Below are positions 54,734-64,000 of a DNA stretch of 64,000 nucleotides, piece by piece (positions within the stretch are counted from its first letter, which is position 1; each line of letters begins with the position of its first letter). This DNA is from an uncultured Spirochaetota bacterium. Lineage in GTDB: Bacteria; Spirochaetota; Spirochaetia; SZUA-6; Fen-1364. The notes under the pieces are model-generated. The model searched no databases and was not told the DNA's origin. It worked only from the letters and a program-made list of their open reading frames with translations. A program made the translations under genes and the position numbers. Location: NCBI GenBank assembly GCA_963734545.1, contig CAVTHO010000004.1, positions 704,001 to 768,000 on the forward strand, in the 5' to 3' direction.

Positions 54734-56361
54734 AGCGGACGGGATTCGCCCGGTCCCTGCCTTTTGTCCTGGTCGCGCTCGCGCTGGCCGGATGCGCGAC
54801 AACAACCTCCGGGCCCCGGGCCGGCACGCCGGAGAAGAAGGCCGCCGTGCTCGCCCAGGCGCTGCGGCTCACGGAGATTGCGTCCCCTGCCTCCTTGACC
54901 GAGGCTGCCGGAATACTCGCCTCCCAGGAAATCGCGGGGATGCCGAACACCGAGGAGCTCATTTCCCTGGGGGACGCGCTTTTCAGGCAGCTCTATCCTG
55001 AGCTCAACAATCCGTTTCCCGCGGGCGCGCCCCCTCTGTCGAGCGGCGGAGCGGATGCAAGCAACTTTTTTGCGCGAATAGTGCCCGCCATCGCGCTCAT
55101 TTTTTCTGCCGGACCTCTGGACGTCGCCCAGGCGGCGGATCTCAAAGCCGGCCTGGCAGCCGCGGACACATTGAACACGGCTTCGGTTCTCCCCCCCTAT
55201 CTGCGGGGACTGCTCCTGGAAAGAGAAAGCGGAGCCGCGGCGGCCGGCGCGCGCGCCGAATTCGAGGAGAGCCTCCGCCGCGCACCTTCTTTCTACCCGG
55301 CGGCCGGCAGACTCGTCGATTCCATAGTTGCGGGGGGCACGGCGGCGCGCGAGCTGCCGCTGCTGGAGCGGCTCGTCTCGTCGCTGCCCACGGCGCCGCT
55401 CCGATACTCGGCGCTGGCGCGCGCCGCATTGGCTGCCGGCCAGCCTCAACGGGCCGCCGACGCGGCGGCACAGGGCCAGCTCGCGGTTCCGGACGACCCC
55501 GGGTTCGTCCTGCTTCGCGCACGGGCTTTCGAGGCCCTCGGCGACTGGTACCAGTCCCTCTGGCTTCTCGACACGATACTGAGGCTGCACCCCGACCACG
55601 CGGCGGCCGCCTTCATGAAGGCACGGCTCCTCTATGAGAAGCAGAAGGACAGCGGGGATGCCATCGCTGTCCTTCTCGACGCGGAGAAGCGATTCCCGAC
55701 CGATGCCTCGTTTCCCGAGCTGCGGGGGCGCATCCTCCTGGAGACCTCGCGCAGTGAGGAAGGGGTTGCGGCCCTCACCCGGGCGATTTCGCTCGAACCG
55801 GGCAGGATTTCCACGCTGACCCTGCTGCTGAAGCAGGCGGTGCAGACGGGGAGCTGGACCACGGCATCCTCCCTGCTCGCGCAGATACCGGAGCAGGCCC
55901 GCACGCCGGAACACCTGCGGCTCGGATGGCAGACAGCCTCGAATCTCGGAGATCATGCGCTTGCCATCACCTACGCGCAGGCCCTGGAGCGCGTCACGCC
56001 CGGCGCGCAGCCGCTCGCCCTCGAGGCAAGATCGATGGCCGCTGCCGGGCGCGGCCCCGAGGCCCTGCAGGTGGTGACGAAAGCCCTGACCATCGCGGAC
56101 ACACCGGCGCTCCGCAGCGAGCTGTACGTGATCCGGTCTACCGCGGGCTCCGCAGATCCCCTGCGCGATCTCCGCTCCGCGCTCCTGGAGGACCAGAACA
56201 GCGTCGAGGCGCTCCTCGCCATGTCCGACCTGCTGGCGAAACAGCAGGAATACAGAAAGGCCATGGAATATGCGAAGCGTGCCGCAGGGCTCTCCCCCGG
56301 GAATGCGGGCATCACGCAGCGGGCGGCGGATCTGGAAAGACTGGCCGAATCAGGACAATAG
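54730..56361 (+). CDS. TPR lipoprotein
   Basis: GTG start, lipobox LAGC, many TPR-like repeats. Confidence 0.75.
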   Translation: MKRTGFARSLPFVLVALALAGCATTTSGPRAGTPEKKAAVLAQALRLTEIASPASLTEAAGILASQEIAGMPNTEELISLGDALFRQLYPELNNPFPAGAPPLSSGGADASNFFARIVPAIALIFSAGPLDVAQAADLKAGLAAADTLNTASVLPPYLRGLLLERESGAAAAGARAEFEESLRRAPSFYPAAGRLVDSIVAGGTAARELPLLERLVSSLPTAPLRYSALARAALAAGQPQRAADAAAQGQLAVPDDPGFVLLRARAFEALGDWYQSLWLLDTILRLHPDHAAAAFMKARLLYEKQKDSGDAIAVLLDAEKRFPTDASFPELRGRILLETSRSEEGVAALTRAISLEPGRISTLTLLLKQAVQTGSWTTASSLLAQIPEQARTPEHLRLGWQTASNLGDHALAITYAQALERVTPGAQPLALEARSMAAAGRGPEALQVVTKALTIADTPALRSELYVIRSTAGSADPLRDLRSALLEDQNSVEALLAMSDLLAKQQEYRKAMEYAKRAAGLSPGNAGITQRAADLERLAESGQ

Positions 56362-56373
56362 ACCCCGCGCCCA

Positions 56374-57606
56374 TCACCGTGCGCCTGCCCGCGCACCGAG
56401 GCGCGCCCTTTCCCCTCGGGAAAAAATCCAGAGAGAACCCCCGCCGACCGCGAGAAGCGCGGCGATCATGAGGAAGATGCCGCCGAGCGGGAGCACGCCG
56501 GCGGAGTAGAGGAATGTTCCGATCGAGGGACCGATCAGTCCCCTGATGCCGAAGCAGGTGGTATTGAATCCGATATACATGGAAAAATTGGATCTGTCGG
56601 AGAGCGCGATAATGCAGAAGATGGGAACAAGGTCCCATCCGGCATTCACGATGCCGGAGAGAATGCTCATGGGCAGGAGCTGGGAGCTCGTGCGCGCCAG
56701 ACCGAGCGCCGCGAACCGCAGCGCAAACAGGAATACGACGACGGTGAGCACGGTGAAGCTGTTGAACCGCCGGAGCGCCTTTGCCCAGAGATAATAGCCG
56801 GCGATGCTTGCCACCGACACGACGGTCCCCAGGAGAAAACTGGCCTCGCCGTACCCCAGGTGGAGGAAGTCCACGAGCCAGATCGGCTCCAGCGGGACCG
56901 CGAGCTTGTCGGGGGTTGCGCAGAGGAAGAGGATCCCCATGAACAGGAGGAACGGGGCGTTCCGCGTGACGGTTCGGAACGCGCCGAGGAAGGACTCGGG
57001 AGATCTCGACCGAACGGCAGGTTCCCGGCGGACCCGTACACCGGCAAATATGAGCGCCGACAGCATGCCGAATACCGCGGCCGCGAGGAAGAGCCAGCGC
57101 ACAATCGTCTCGTTGGCGTGGAGGAGAATGCCCGCGCACGCCGACAGGGCGGTCGACACGGCCATGATGACGATCCGTATGTTGCCCATGAGCCGCCCGC
57201 GATGGGCGTCGCTGTAGTTCGTCCGCATGATGCTCGAATAGGCGGGCCCTCCCAGGTTGACCAGGAGGTTGAACAGGGACACGACGACGAGGTACGCCGC
57301 CGGGGTCCGGACAAAGGCAAGAACCCCGATCAGCGCGCGCGCCGCCAGGGAAGGCCAGAGCACGAAGGGCATTTTTGCCCGGCTGTCCGCAAGGTGGCCG
57401 AACAGGACCCCGAAGAGCGCGCCCACGAATTGCATCGTCACCATGGCCGTGATGCCTGCCGGGCTCATCCCGATTCTCCGCGCGACGATGGGGATCAGCG
57501 GGAGAGCGAGGCCGGCAAACGCGCCGTAGCACGCCGCTGCCGGAAGATCCTTCGCGAACGTCATTCGATCCGTGAGGGGAAGCCGTGCGAGGTATGATCT
57601 CAACAT
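56374..57606 (-). CDS. MFS transporter
   Basis: About 12 TM helices, GHLADSRAK motif A, RGRLMG. Confidence 0.88.
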   Translation of the reverse strand: MLRSYLARLPLTDRMTFAKDLPAAACYGAFAGLALPLIPIVARRIGMSPAGITAMVTMQFVGALFGVLFGHLADSRAKMPFVLWPSLAARALIGVLAFVRTPAAYLVVVSLFNLLVNLGGPAYSSIMRTNYSDAHRGRLMGNIRIVIMAVSTALSACAGILLHANETIVRWLFLAAAVFGMLSALIFAGVRVRREPAVRSRSPESFLGAFRTVTRNAPFLLFMGILFLCATPDKLAVPLEPIWLVDFLHLGYGEASFLLGTVVSVASIAGYYLWAKALRRFNSFTVLTVVVFLFALRFAALGLARTSSQLLPMSILSGIVNAGWDLVPIFCIIALSDRSNFSMYIGFNTTCFGIRGLIGPSIGTFLYSAGVLPLGGIFLMIAALLAVGGGSLWIFSRGERARLGARAGAR

Positions 57607-57629
57607 CCGGGATTCATTCTATGCGGCGT

Positions 57630-58580
57630 TCACGCCTGCCATCCGTGCTCCGCAAGCCAGTCGACAGATTCGCACACCGCCTCCAGGGAGGTGTAGCGCG
57701 GCGCATAGTGAATGAGCCGGGCCGCTTTCTCCGCGCTGCAGTTGGGGCTGTGGGCGATGTGGTCCCCGGTGGCCTCGGCATCCCGCGGCGTCACCGTCTT
57801 CCGCCATTCTTCCCACGGCAGATAAGAAAGCTCCGCCTCGTGCCCGAACCACCGGGACAACCGCTCCGCGTACCCGCGGAGGGTCAGGGCAGCCGGGGAA
57901 ACGACGTGGAAGCTCTCCCCGATTGCCGCGGACCTGTACTGCATGGCGCGGCAGAATGCCTGGGCGACATCGTCTGCATGGACATGGTGCACGGTTTCGA
58001 GCCCGAGGTTGGGCAGGAGGAGCTGCTTCCCTTCGGCCAGAGTCCTGAAGACATCCGCATTGAAATTGCCCGCCGGATTCAAAGGGACCCAGCCCGGGCC
58101 GACGATGTGGCCGGGATGAAGGATCGCGGCGGGAAAGCCGGTTCGATGTGACATTTCAAGCAGCCATGCCTCGATGGCCGCCTTGCGGATGCCGTAGTCC
58201 CCGAAGGGCCTCCTCGGGCCCGCTTCGGTGGTAGGCACAACCTCGCTGTGGCCGTGCACCCAGATCGTGCCGCAGAAGAGGAATTGACCCACCTTCCCTT
58301 CCAGTTTTTCCACGAGCTGCCGCGCGCTTTCCAGGGTAAAGCAGATCAAATCTACGACCACGTCGGGCTTCAGGGCCGCGATCCGGGCGCCGAAGGACCC
58401 TGCCCCTTCCTCCTGGGCGCGATCCGTCTTCTGCTGTTCGACGAACTTCCAGATGCCGGGATTCCGGTAGGGCTTCCGCGCTCCGCGGCTCAGGGACACC
58501 ACGGCATGGCCTTCCTGTACCAGGCGGGGAATGAGATACGTGCCGATATGCCCGGTTCCGCCGATGACCACGATCTTCAT
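57630..58580 (-). CDS. NAD-dependent epimerase/dehydratase family protein
   Basis: GGTGHIG, YGIRK, HVHADDVA. Confidence 0.88.
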   Translation of the reverse strand: MKIVVIGGTGHIGTYLIPRLVQEGHAVVSLSRGARKPYRNPGIWKFVEQQKTDRAQEEGAGSFGARIAALKPDVVVDLICFTLESARQLVEKLEGKVGQFLFCGTIWVHGHSEVVPTTEAGPRRPFGDYGIRKAAIEAWLLEMSHRTGFPAAILHPGHIVGPGWVPLNPAGNFNADVFRTLAEGKQLLLPNLGLETVHHVHADDVAQAFCRAMQYRSAAIGESFHVVSPAALTLRGYAERLSRWFGHEAELSYLPWEEWRKTVTPRDAEATGDHIAHSPNCSAEKAARLIHYAPRYTSLEAVCESVDWLAEHGWQA

Positions 58581-58622
58581 GATGAGCTCAGGATATTCCA
58601 CGGGAAGAGTCTTCGCAATTGC

Positions 58623-61052
58623 CTACCCTTTCCCCCGCGCGAACAGGTACGTCACGCAATCGCGCACGACCACCTGAAATCGATTCCGTCCCTGGCGGAG
58701 CTCCCACGCGAAATCCTTGGGGCAGTCGTCGTAGCCAGGGCTTCCGCTCAACTCCGCGGGGTACCGCGGAAGGGCGGAGTTGGCGAGGTCGGCCGAGCCA
58801 GGGCTTCCGCTCAACTCCGCGGGGTACCGCGGAAGGGCGGAGTTGGCGGAAGGCCGACCAAGGCACGCCCCTGCGCCGGGGACGTGGCGGGCAAAGCAGC
58901 CGAGACTGTAGAAAAGGGGCGGCCTGAAATCAGGAGCAATGGTGACGAGGGGGACCTTGCGCGGTCCCTCAGGGAGCTGCGCCGGCCCGGCCCCGCACCG
59001 GAGTTCCACCTCCTCTCCCCTCCCTCCTTCGATCCAGGCGTAGGCGAAGAGAAGCCGCGGCACGCGTTCGCTGATGAATGAAAGGGCGCGGCAATTGGCG
59101 ACATACAGATAGAAGTCTCCGAAAAAGGACATGTTCTGCCACCCGCCGAGCGCAGCGGCAATCGCGAGATGCGAAATATTGTTGAGGCCGATGGCGAACC
59201 TGGTGTCCGGGTGCCTCTCCGCCAGCTTCTGCAACGCCTCCACCCAGAGGCCGTCGTCGAGCAGGACAGGAGGCAGCGGCAGCCAGCGATAGCCTGCATG
59301 CAGGAAGAGCTCCCGCGGATCGATCCTGCCGGGATCGGCCGCAACAAAGGGAACAGGAGCGCCATCCCCGGGCTCTTGTCGAGGCGCCATTGCCTGCCTG
59401 TGCGCAAGCACGGCGAGATCGTCGGGACTGATGACGCTCCCGGTATTCCGAAGAGGCGTCAACTCAGGCGGCTCGGCCGGCGGTCGACAGGAAGACAAGA
59501 ATGCCTCGCCCAGGAATGCATAGAGCTCGTTCTTGGCCTTCTTGAGCTGGGAAGGCGGAACAAACACCTCGTCGTCCGCAAGGCCTGTCTCATTCGCAAA
59601 TGACAGGTTTCCCGGCATGAAGACCGAGTCCCCGGATTCTCCCAGCATCCGTGCAAGTATTTCGACAAATGGCCTTTTCCTGGATGCCGCATCAATCGTC
59701 ACGACCTGCTCGAAAACAGGGTACCCGGCGATCCGCACGGAAAAAACGCCTGACCTGCGCTCACCGTCCCTGGCGGCACTCGACAGGCCCACGCGCATGT
59801 CGAGGGGGACCCTGTAGAGCGGAAAGCCGGTCTCCTTCGGCATGGGAAGATCGAGGAATCGTGAAGAGAGATGCCGTATCTCGGCGCCGGGCGGCGGCAG
59901 GGCCGACCCTTCTCCCACATCGACGCTCACGGTCTCCCCTGCCCGGGCGAACTTCTTCTCACGGCCGGCCTTCATGATGCGGGATACGGAAAAGATCAGC
60001 GGCTCCCGGTCTCCCTCAGGGAAGAAGCCGAGGCCATCTCGCAGCGAGAGGTCCGCGCCCAGACGAATGCGTATTTCCCCTGCGCGCGCGCTTTCCACAG
60101 TGCCGAGCCTCGATCCCCTGTGCCCCGGGTAGCGTTGATCGATGAGCCGCGAGCCTGCTGAGCCGTGCAGCCAGCCGGTGGTCTTCTCCCGGGCAAAGCC
60201 GAGGTCAGCCCTGCGCACGAGCTCCGCGTATTCCTGCTCCGGCAAGTCTCTTCCGCGATCCAGGATCTCGCGGTACAACCTGGTCACGTTGTAGGCATAC
60301 TCGGGTGACTTCATGCGGCCCTCGATCTTGAGGGCGTCGATCCCGATGTCCGCCAGCGCGAGCACTTCACGACCCAGGAACAGGTCGCGTGCGCTGAAAT
60401 AATATCCGGCCGGACCTTGAAGCCTCCCGCGTTCTCCCGCCTCGGCGTGGAAAAGGCTGCGGCAGATCTGGGCGCAGTCCCCACGGTTGGCGGATCTTCC
60501 CGTCAGCGCGGACGACGCGAGGCAGGCCCCCGAGAAACTGTAGCAGAGCGCTCCGTGAATGAAGACCTCGAGCTCGATGCCGTGATGCCGCTGCCTCAAT
60601 TCGCGGATATGCTCCAGGGTAAGCTCGCGGGAGAGGATGACCCGCCGGATGCCCATCTCTTCCGCCACGCGCAGACCCGTGTCGTTGTGGACCGCCATCT
60701 GGGTTGATGCATGGACGGGGAGGCCGGGAAATTCCTTCCTCAACAAGTCGTACACGCCGAGGTCCTGGACAATGACGCCGTCCACGGAGAGGGCGGCCAG
60801 CCAGTAGAATGTCTCGAAAAGCCGGTCGAGCTCCGCTTCGCGGACAACGGTGTTGACCGCGACGTATACTTTCCTGCCCGTGTCCGCCGCGAGCTGACGG
60901 ATCCTCCGAAGCTGATCCATCGAGAAGTTCTGCGCCGCCTTCCGCGCGGAGAACTCCTTCAGCCCGAGATACACACCATCCGCACCGGCCGCGAACGCGG
61001 CGTGTGCGGCGAGAAAGCTGCCGCCGGGGGCGAGGAGCTCCGGCTTCTTCAT
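58623..61052 (-). CDS. Peptidase U32 family Fe-S protein (RlhA-like RNA hydroxylase)
   Basis: ELLAPGG, HASTQ, EVFIHGALCYSFSGAC, NRGDCAQICR, KIEGRMKS. Confidence 0.85.
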   Translation of the reverse strand: MKKPELLAPGGSFLAAHAAFAAGADGVYLGLKEFSARKAAQNFSMDQLRRIRQLAADTGRKVYVAVNTVVREAELDRLFETFYWLAALSVDGVIVQDLGVYDLLRKEFPGLPVHASTQMAVHNDTGLRVAEEMGIRRVILSRELTLEHIRELRQRHHGIELEVFIHGALCYSFSGACLASSALTGRSANRGDCAQICRSLFHAEAGERGRLQGPAGYYFSARDLFLGREVLALADIGIDALKIEGRMKSPEYAYNVTRLYREILDRGRDLPEQEYAELVRRADLGFAREKTTGWLHGSAGSRLIDQRYPGHRGSRLGTVESARAGEIRIRLGADLSLRDGLGFFPEGDREPLIFSVSRIMKAGREKKFARAGETVSVDVGEGSALPPPGAEIRHLSSRFLDLPMPKETGFPLYRVPLDMRVGLSSAARDGERRSGVFSVRIAGYPVFEQVVTIDAASRKRPFVEILARMLGESGDSVFMPGNLSFANETGLADDEVFVPPSQLKKAKNELYAFLGEAFLSSCRPPAEPPELTPLRNTGSVISPDDLAVLAHRQAMAPRQEPGDGAPVPFVAADPGRIDPRELFLHAGYRWLPLPPVLLDDGLWVEALQKLAERHPDTRFAIGLNNISHLAIAAALGGWQNMSFFGDFYLYVANCRALSFISERVPRLLFAYAWIEGGRGEEVELRCGAGPAQLPEGPRKVPLVTIAPDFRPPLFYSLGCFARHVPGAGACLGRPSANSALPRYPAELSGSPGSADLANSALPRYPAELSGSPGYDDCPKDFAWELRQGRNRFQVVVRDCVTYLFARGKG
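58733..58848. repeat. 63-nt-period direct repeat with TCCGCGG-GGTA-CCGCGGA hairpin (family A), in frame in the U32 gene
   Basis: Copies at 58733 and 58796; translates to ANSALPRYPAELSGSPG x2. Confidence 0.9.
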
Positions 61053-62173
61053 CTGCCCGCCCTGCCTGACAGCTTTGCCACGGCCTCGATGTGGGAAGTC
61101 TGTGGATAGAAATCGAACAGCCGCACGTCATCCAGCAGGAAAGCGCTCTCGCACAGCGCGCCGAGGTCCCGGGCAAGAGTGACGGGATTGCAGGAAACGT
61201 ACACGAGGCGCCCGACGGCCGCGCCGCACAGCCAGGCGCGCACCTCGGCGCCCAGCCCGGCCCGCGGCGGGTCCACGACGACAGCGTCGAAGGGTCCCCG
61301 CGCCGCTCCCGACGTGATCCACTGCTCCACGCCCATGGGGAAGAACTCGTGGGCAGGTCCGACGACATTGCGACGTGCGTAGGAGAGGCTCATGGCGCTC
61401 GACTCGACGCAGGTGATGCGGGGGAAACCCTCGGAAAGGAAAGAGCCGAAGAGCCCGACTCCGCAGTAGAGATCAGCGGCCGTGCTTCCCGCGAGGCCTT
61501 CCAGGGCCCAGGGGACGAGCCTGTCCAGAACCGCGAGATTGGACTGGAAAAAACAGCCGACGGAGAACACGATCTCCCGCCCGCAGACGCGCGTGGTGAG
61601 GTCGCGATGGTCATCGATTCCTTCCGTGGCCACGGAGTCACCGTTGCTGAACACGGTGAACCGGTCGAGGTTTTCCGGCACGCGCACCGAGCCGTCGAAC
61701 ACCCCGTCGATGGGGCGCGCCACGATGGGGCAGGTGTCTACGGGCACGATTCGATTGCTCCCGGCGCCCATGTAACCGAGCCGGCCGTCGCCGTCCCGAT
61801 GCACTTGTGCCCGGGCGCGCGATCCCAGCGGCGCGGAAGGCTCGATCTCGATTGTGTCACGCGCAATCCGGCCGGTTCTCCGCAGAGCTTCGCGGACGAT
61901 ATTCACTTTTTGCGCGAGCTGCTCCTCGTAGCGGATGTGCAGCCAGTCACAGCCGCCGCACACACCGGCGAGCCGGCAGGGCGGCGGAACGCGGTGCGGA
62001 GACGGCTCGAGCACCTCCAGGAGCGCGGCCCGGTCGAAGTCCTTTCGCCGCTGCACCACGCGCACGCGCACCTTTTCCCCGGGCAGTACCCCGGGAACAA
62101 AAACGGCCTTCCCCTCCGCGTGTCCGAGTCCCTCGCCGCCGGCGACGAGCTTGAGGATCGAGAGCTCACTCAC
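61049..62173 (-). CDS. RNA m5U methyltransferase (RlmD/TrmA family)
   Basis: TRAM domain, CGGCDW, FFQSN, DLYCGVG, VDPPRAG, YVSCNP, FYPQTSHIE. Confidence 0.9.
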   Translation of the reverse strand: MSELSILKLVAGGEGLGHAEGKAVFVPGVLPGEKVRVRVVQRRKDFDRAALLEVLEPSPHRVPPPCRLAGVCGGCDWLHIRYEEQLAQKVNIVREALRRTGRIARDTIEIEPSAPLGSRARAQVHRDGDGRLGYMGAGSNRIVPVDTCPIVARPIDGVFDGSVRVPENLDRFTVFSNGDSVATEGIDDHRDLTTRVCGREIVFSVGCFFQSNLAVLDRLVPWALEGLAGSTAADLYCGVGLFGSFLSEGFPRITCVESSAMSLSYARRNVVGPAHEFFPMGVEQWITSGAARGPFDAVVVDPPRAGLGAEVRAWLCGAAVGRLVYVSCNPVTLARDLGALCESAFLLDDVRLFDFYPQTSHIEAVAKLSGRAGR

Positions 62174-62270
62174 GGAAAGAAATGCCCCTCCACCACGCCG
62201 ACAAGGATTCCCACGCCGCCTCCTGTGCGGACCCCGAGTGTAGCACCGGGGTCCGTGCGGGAACAAGAAG

Positions 62271-62322
62271 AATCCGCGGAATACGGGAGTACCCGTTCGG
62301 GGAATACGCCGTACCGCGGCGC
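62271..62322. repeat. Nested palindromic repeat (family A), inverted near-copy of 7795-7846
   Basis: AATCCGCGGAATACGGGAGTACCCGTTCGGGGAATACGCCGTACCGCGGCGC; 5 mismatches in 52 nt by my count. Confidence 0.9.
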
Positions 62323-62456
62323 ATCTCCTGAAAAGCTACATTTCCGTAGCATGTGTCCCCGTTTTCCTACATTCACGTAACACGAAGAGATTGAGCGTCG
62401 TGAGACAGAATGGCCTAATCACCTATGTCATATACAATTATGGGAATTCCACATTC

Positions 62457-62472
62457 TGGCATGGAACTTGCT
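62457..62472 (+). promoter_or_regulatory. sigma54 (-24/-12) promoter of glnA
   Basis: TGGCAT-GGAAC-TTGCT versus consensus TGGCAC-N5-TTGCW. Confidence 0.85.
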
Positions 62473-62560
62473 ATTCAATAAGCGGGGAGTAATATCCCCA
62501 ACCCCCCTCCTGTGGCGTTCGGCCGAAGCCCAGGAGGGGCTATAAAACAAGGAGGAATAC

Positions 62561-63987
62561 ATGAGTATCGGCAAGACACCGAAGGAGATCGTGTCGTTCA
62601 TCGCGACGGAGAAGGTGGAGGTCGTGGACCTGCGGTTCATGGACTTCCCCGGCCTGTGGCAGCACTTCTCCATTCCCGCGCGGGAGCTGACCGAAGAGGT
62701 CTTCGAGAAGGGGCTCGGCTTCGACGGCTCGAGCATCCGCGGCTGGCAGGCGATCAACGAGTCGGACATGCTCGTGAAGCCGGTGGCGGACACCGCGTTC
62801 GTCGACCCGTTCCTGGCGGCGAAGACCCTCGTGGTCATCTGCAACATCTGCGACCCGCTGACCGGAGAGGACTACACGCGCGACCCGCGCAACATCGCGC
62901 GCAAGGCGGAGGCGTTCCTGAAGGGCACCGGCCTGGCCGATACGCCCTACTTCGGACCCGAGTGCGAGTTCTTCATCTTCGACGACATCCGCTACGACCA
63001 GAACGAGCACGAAGGCTACTACCACATCGACTCGGCCGAGGGACGGTGGAACACGGGCCGGCAGGAGAACCCCAACCTCGGGTACAAGATCCGCTACAAG
63101 GAAGGCTACTTCCCCGTCCCGCCCAACGACACGCTGCAGGACATCAGGAGCGAGATGATGCTCACCCTGGAGTCCATCGACATCCCCATCGAGGCGCAGC
63201 ACCACGAGGTGGCCACGGGCGGCCAGTGCGAGATCGACATGCGCTTCAACAACCTGCTCACCATGGCGGACAACGTGCTGAAGTACAAGTACGTCGTGAA
63301 GAACACGGCCAAGAAGCACAACAAGGTGGTGACCTTCATGCCCAAGCCGCTGTTCGGGGACAACGGCAGCGGCATGCACGTGCACATCTCCCTGTGGAAG
63401 GGCGGCAAGAACCTCTTCGCCGGTGACGGCTACGCGGGGCTCTCCCAGATGGCGCTGCACGCAATCGGCGGCCTGCTCAAGCACGCGCCGTCGATCCTCG
63501 CCTTCGCCACCCCGACGACGAACAGCTTCAAGCGGCTGGTGCCCGGGCTTCGAGGCGCCGGTGAACCTCGCCTACTCGCGGCAGGAACAGGAGCGCGGCC
63601 ATCCGCATCCCGATGTACTCACCGTCGCCCAAGGCCAAGCGGCTCGAGTTCCGCTGCCCCGACCCGAGCAGCAACCCGTACCTCACCTTCTCCGCCATGC
63701 TCATGGCGGCGCTGGACGGGATCCAGAACAAGATCGACCCGGGCCAGCCGCTGGACAAGGACATCTACGACCTGCCGCCCGAGGAGCTGGCCGCGGTGCC
63801 CAAGACCCCCGGGTCCCTCCGCGAGGTGCTCAAGGCGCTGCAGAACGACCACGAGTACCTGCTGAAGGGCGACGTGTTCACCACGGACGTGATCGAGACC
63901 TGGATCGACTACAAGATGAAGAACGAGGTGCTCGCCCTGGACCTGCGGCCGCACCCGTGGGAGTTCATGCTGTACTTCGATATATAA
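62561..63987 (+). CDS. glnA: Glutamine synthetase type I (indels near 63545-63582)
   Basis: [42 protein letters not shown] adenylylation-site motif. Confidence 0.97.
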
Positions 63988-64000
63988 TTCAGGTCCTCCT

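Noticed and set aside
53800-56361. Glycoside hydrolase-TPR fusion (853 aa)
   Set aside because: Read-through caused by an indel near 54550; the TPR gene has its own lipoprotein signal at 54730
50865-63987. icd, glnA, murE and prfA as true pseudogenes
   Set aside because: Core genes with intact motifs on both sides of single-base indels; this pattern fits assembly error

Overview
High-GC bacterial chromosomal segment, most likely from an uncultured Spirochaetia (inference: prfA-prmC-rel gene order, DUF5312-like gene, spirochete-type TPR/SH3/lipoprotein genes). It is mostly housekeeping: DNA adenine MTase (partial), queD, murE-orf-ddl, rubredoxin-queG-like, gpmA, MATE, SET protein, plsY, DAK2-DegV, TetR-MMPL-LolA-like-barrel operon, rel, prmC, prfA, PMM, fadD, ABC-F, M20 peptidase, MltD, icd, U32/RlmD and glnA. 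About 15 genes, including essential ones, carry single-base indels that look like assembly errors. I saw no rRNA, tRNA, CRISPR array or transposase. Points of interest: (1) a dispersed family of short RRTA-loop hairpin repeats with covarying stems, nested copies and in-frame insertions into genes; (2) a 14-29.6 kb cell-surface region pairing putative beta-barrel genes with large Ig-repeat lipoproteins, including a barrel-Ig-transglutaminase-TPR protein whose apparently inactive paralog lies between murE and ddl; (3) a sigma54 glnA promoter with tandem activator-like sites and a structured leader; (4) several apparently leaderless genes. All family assignments come from motif recognition by eye, not database searches.
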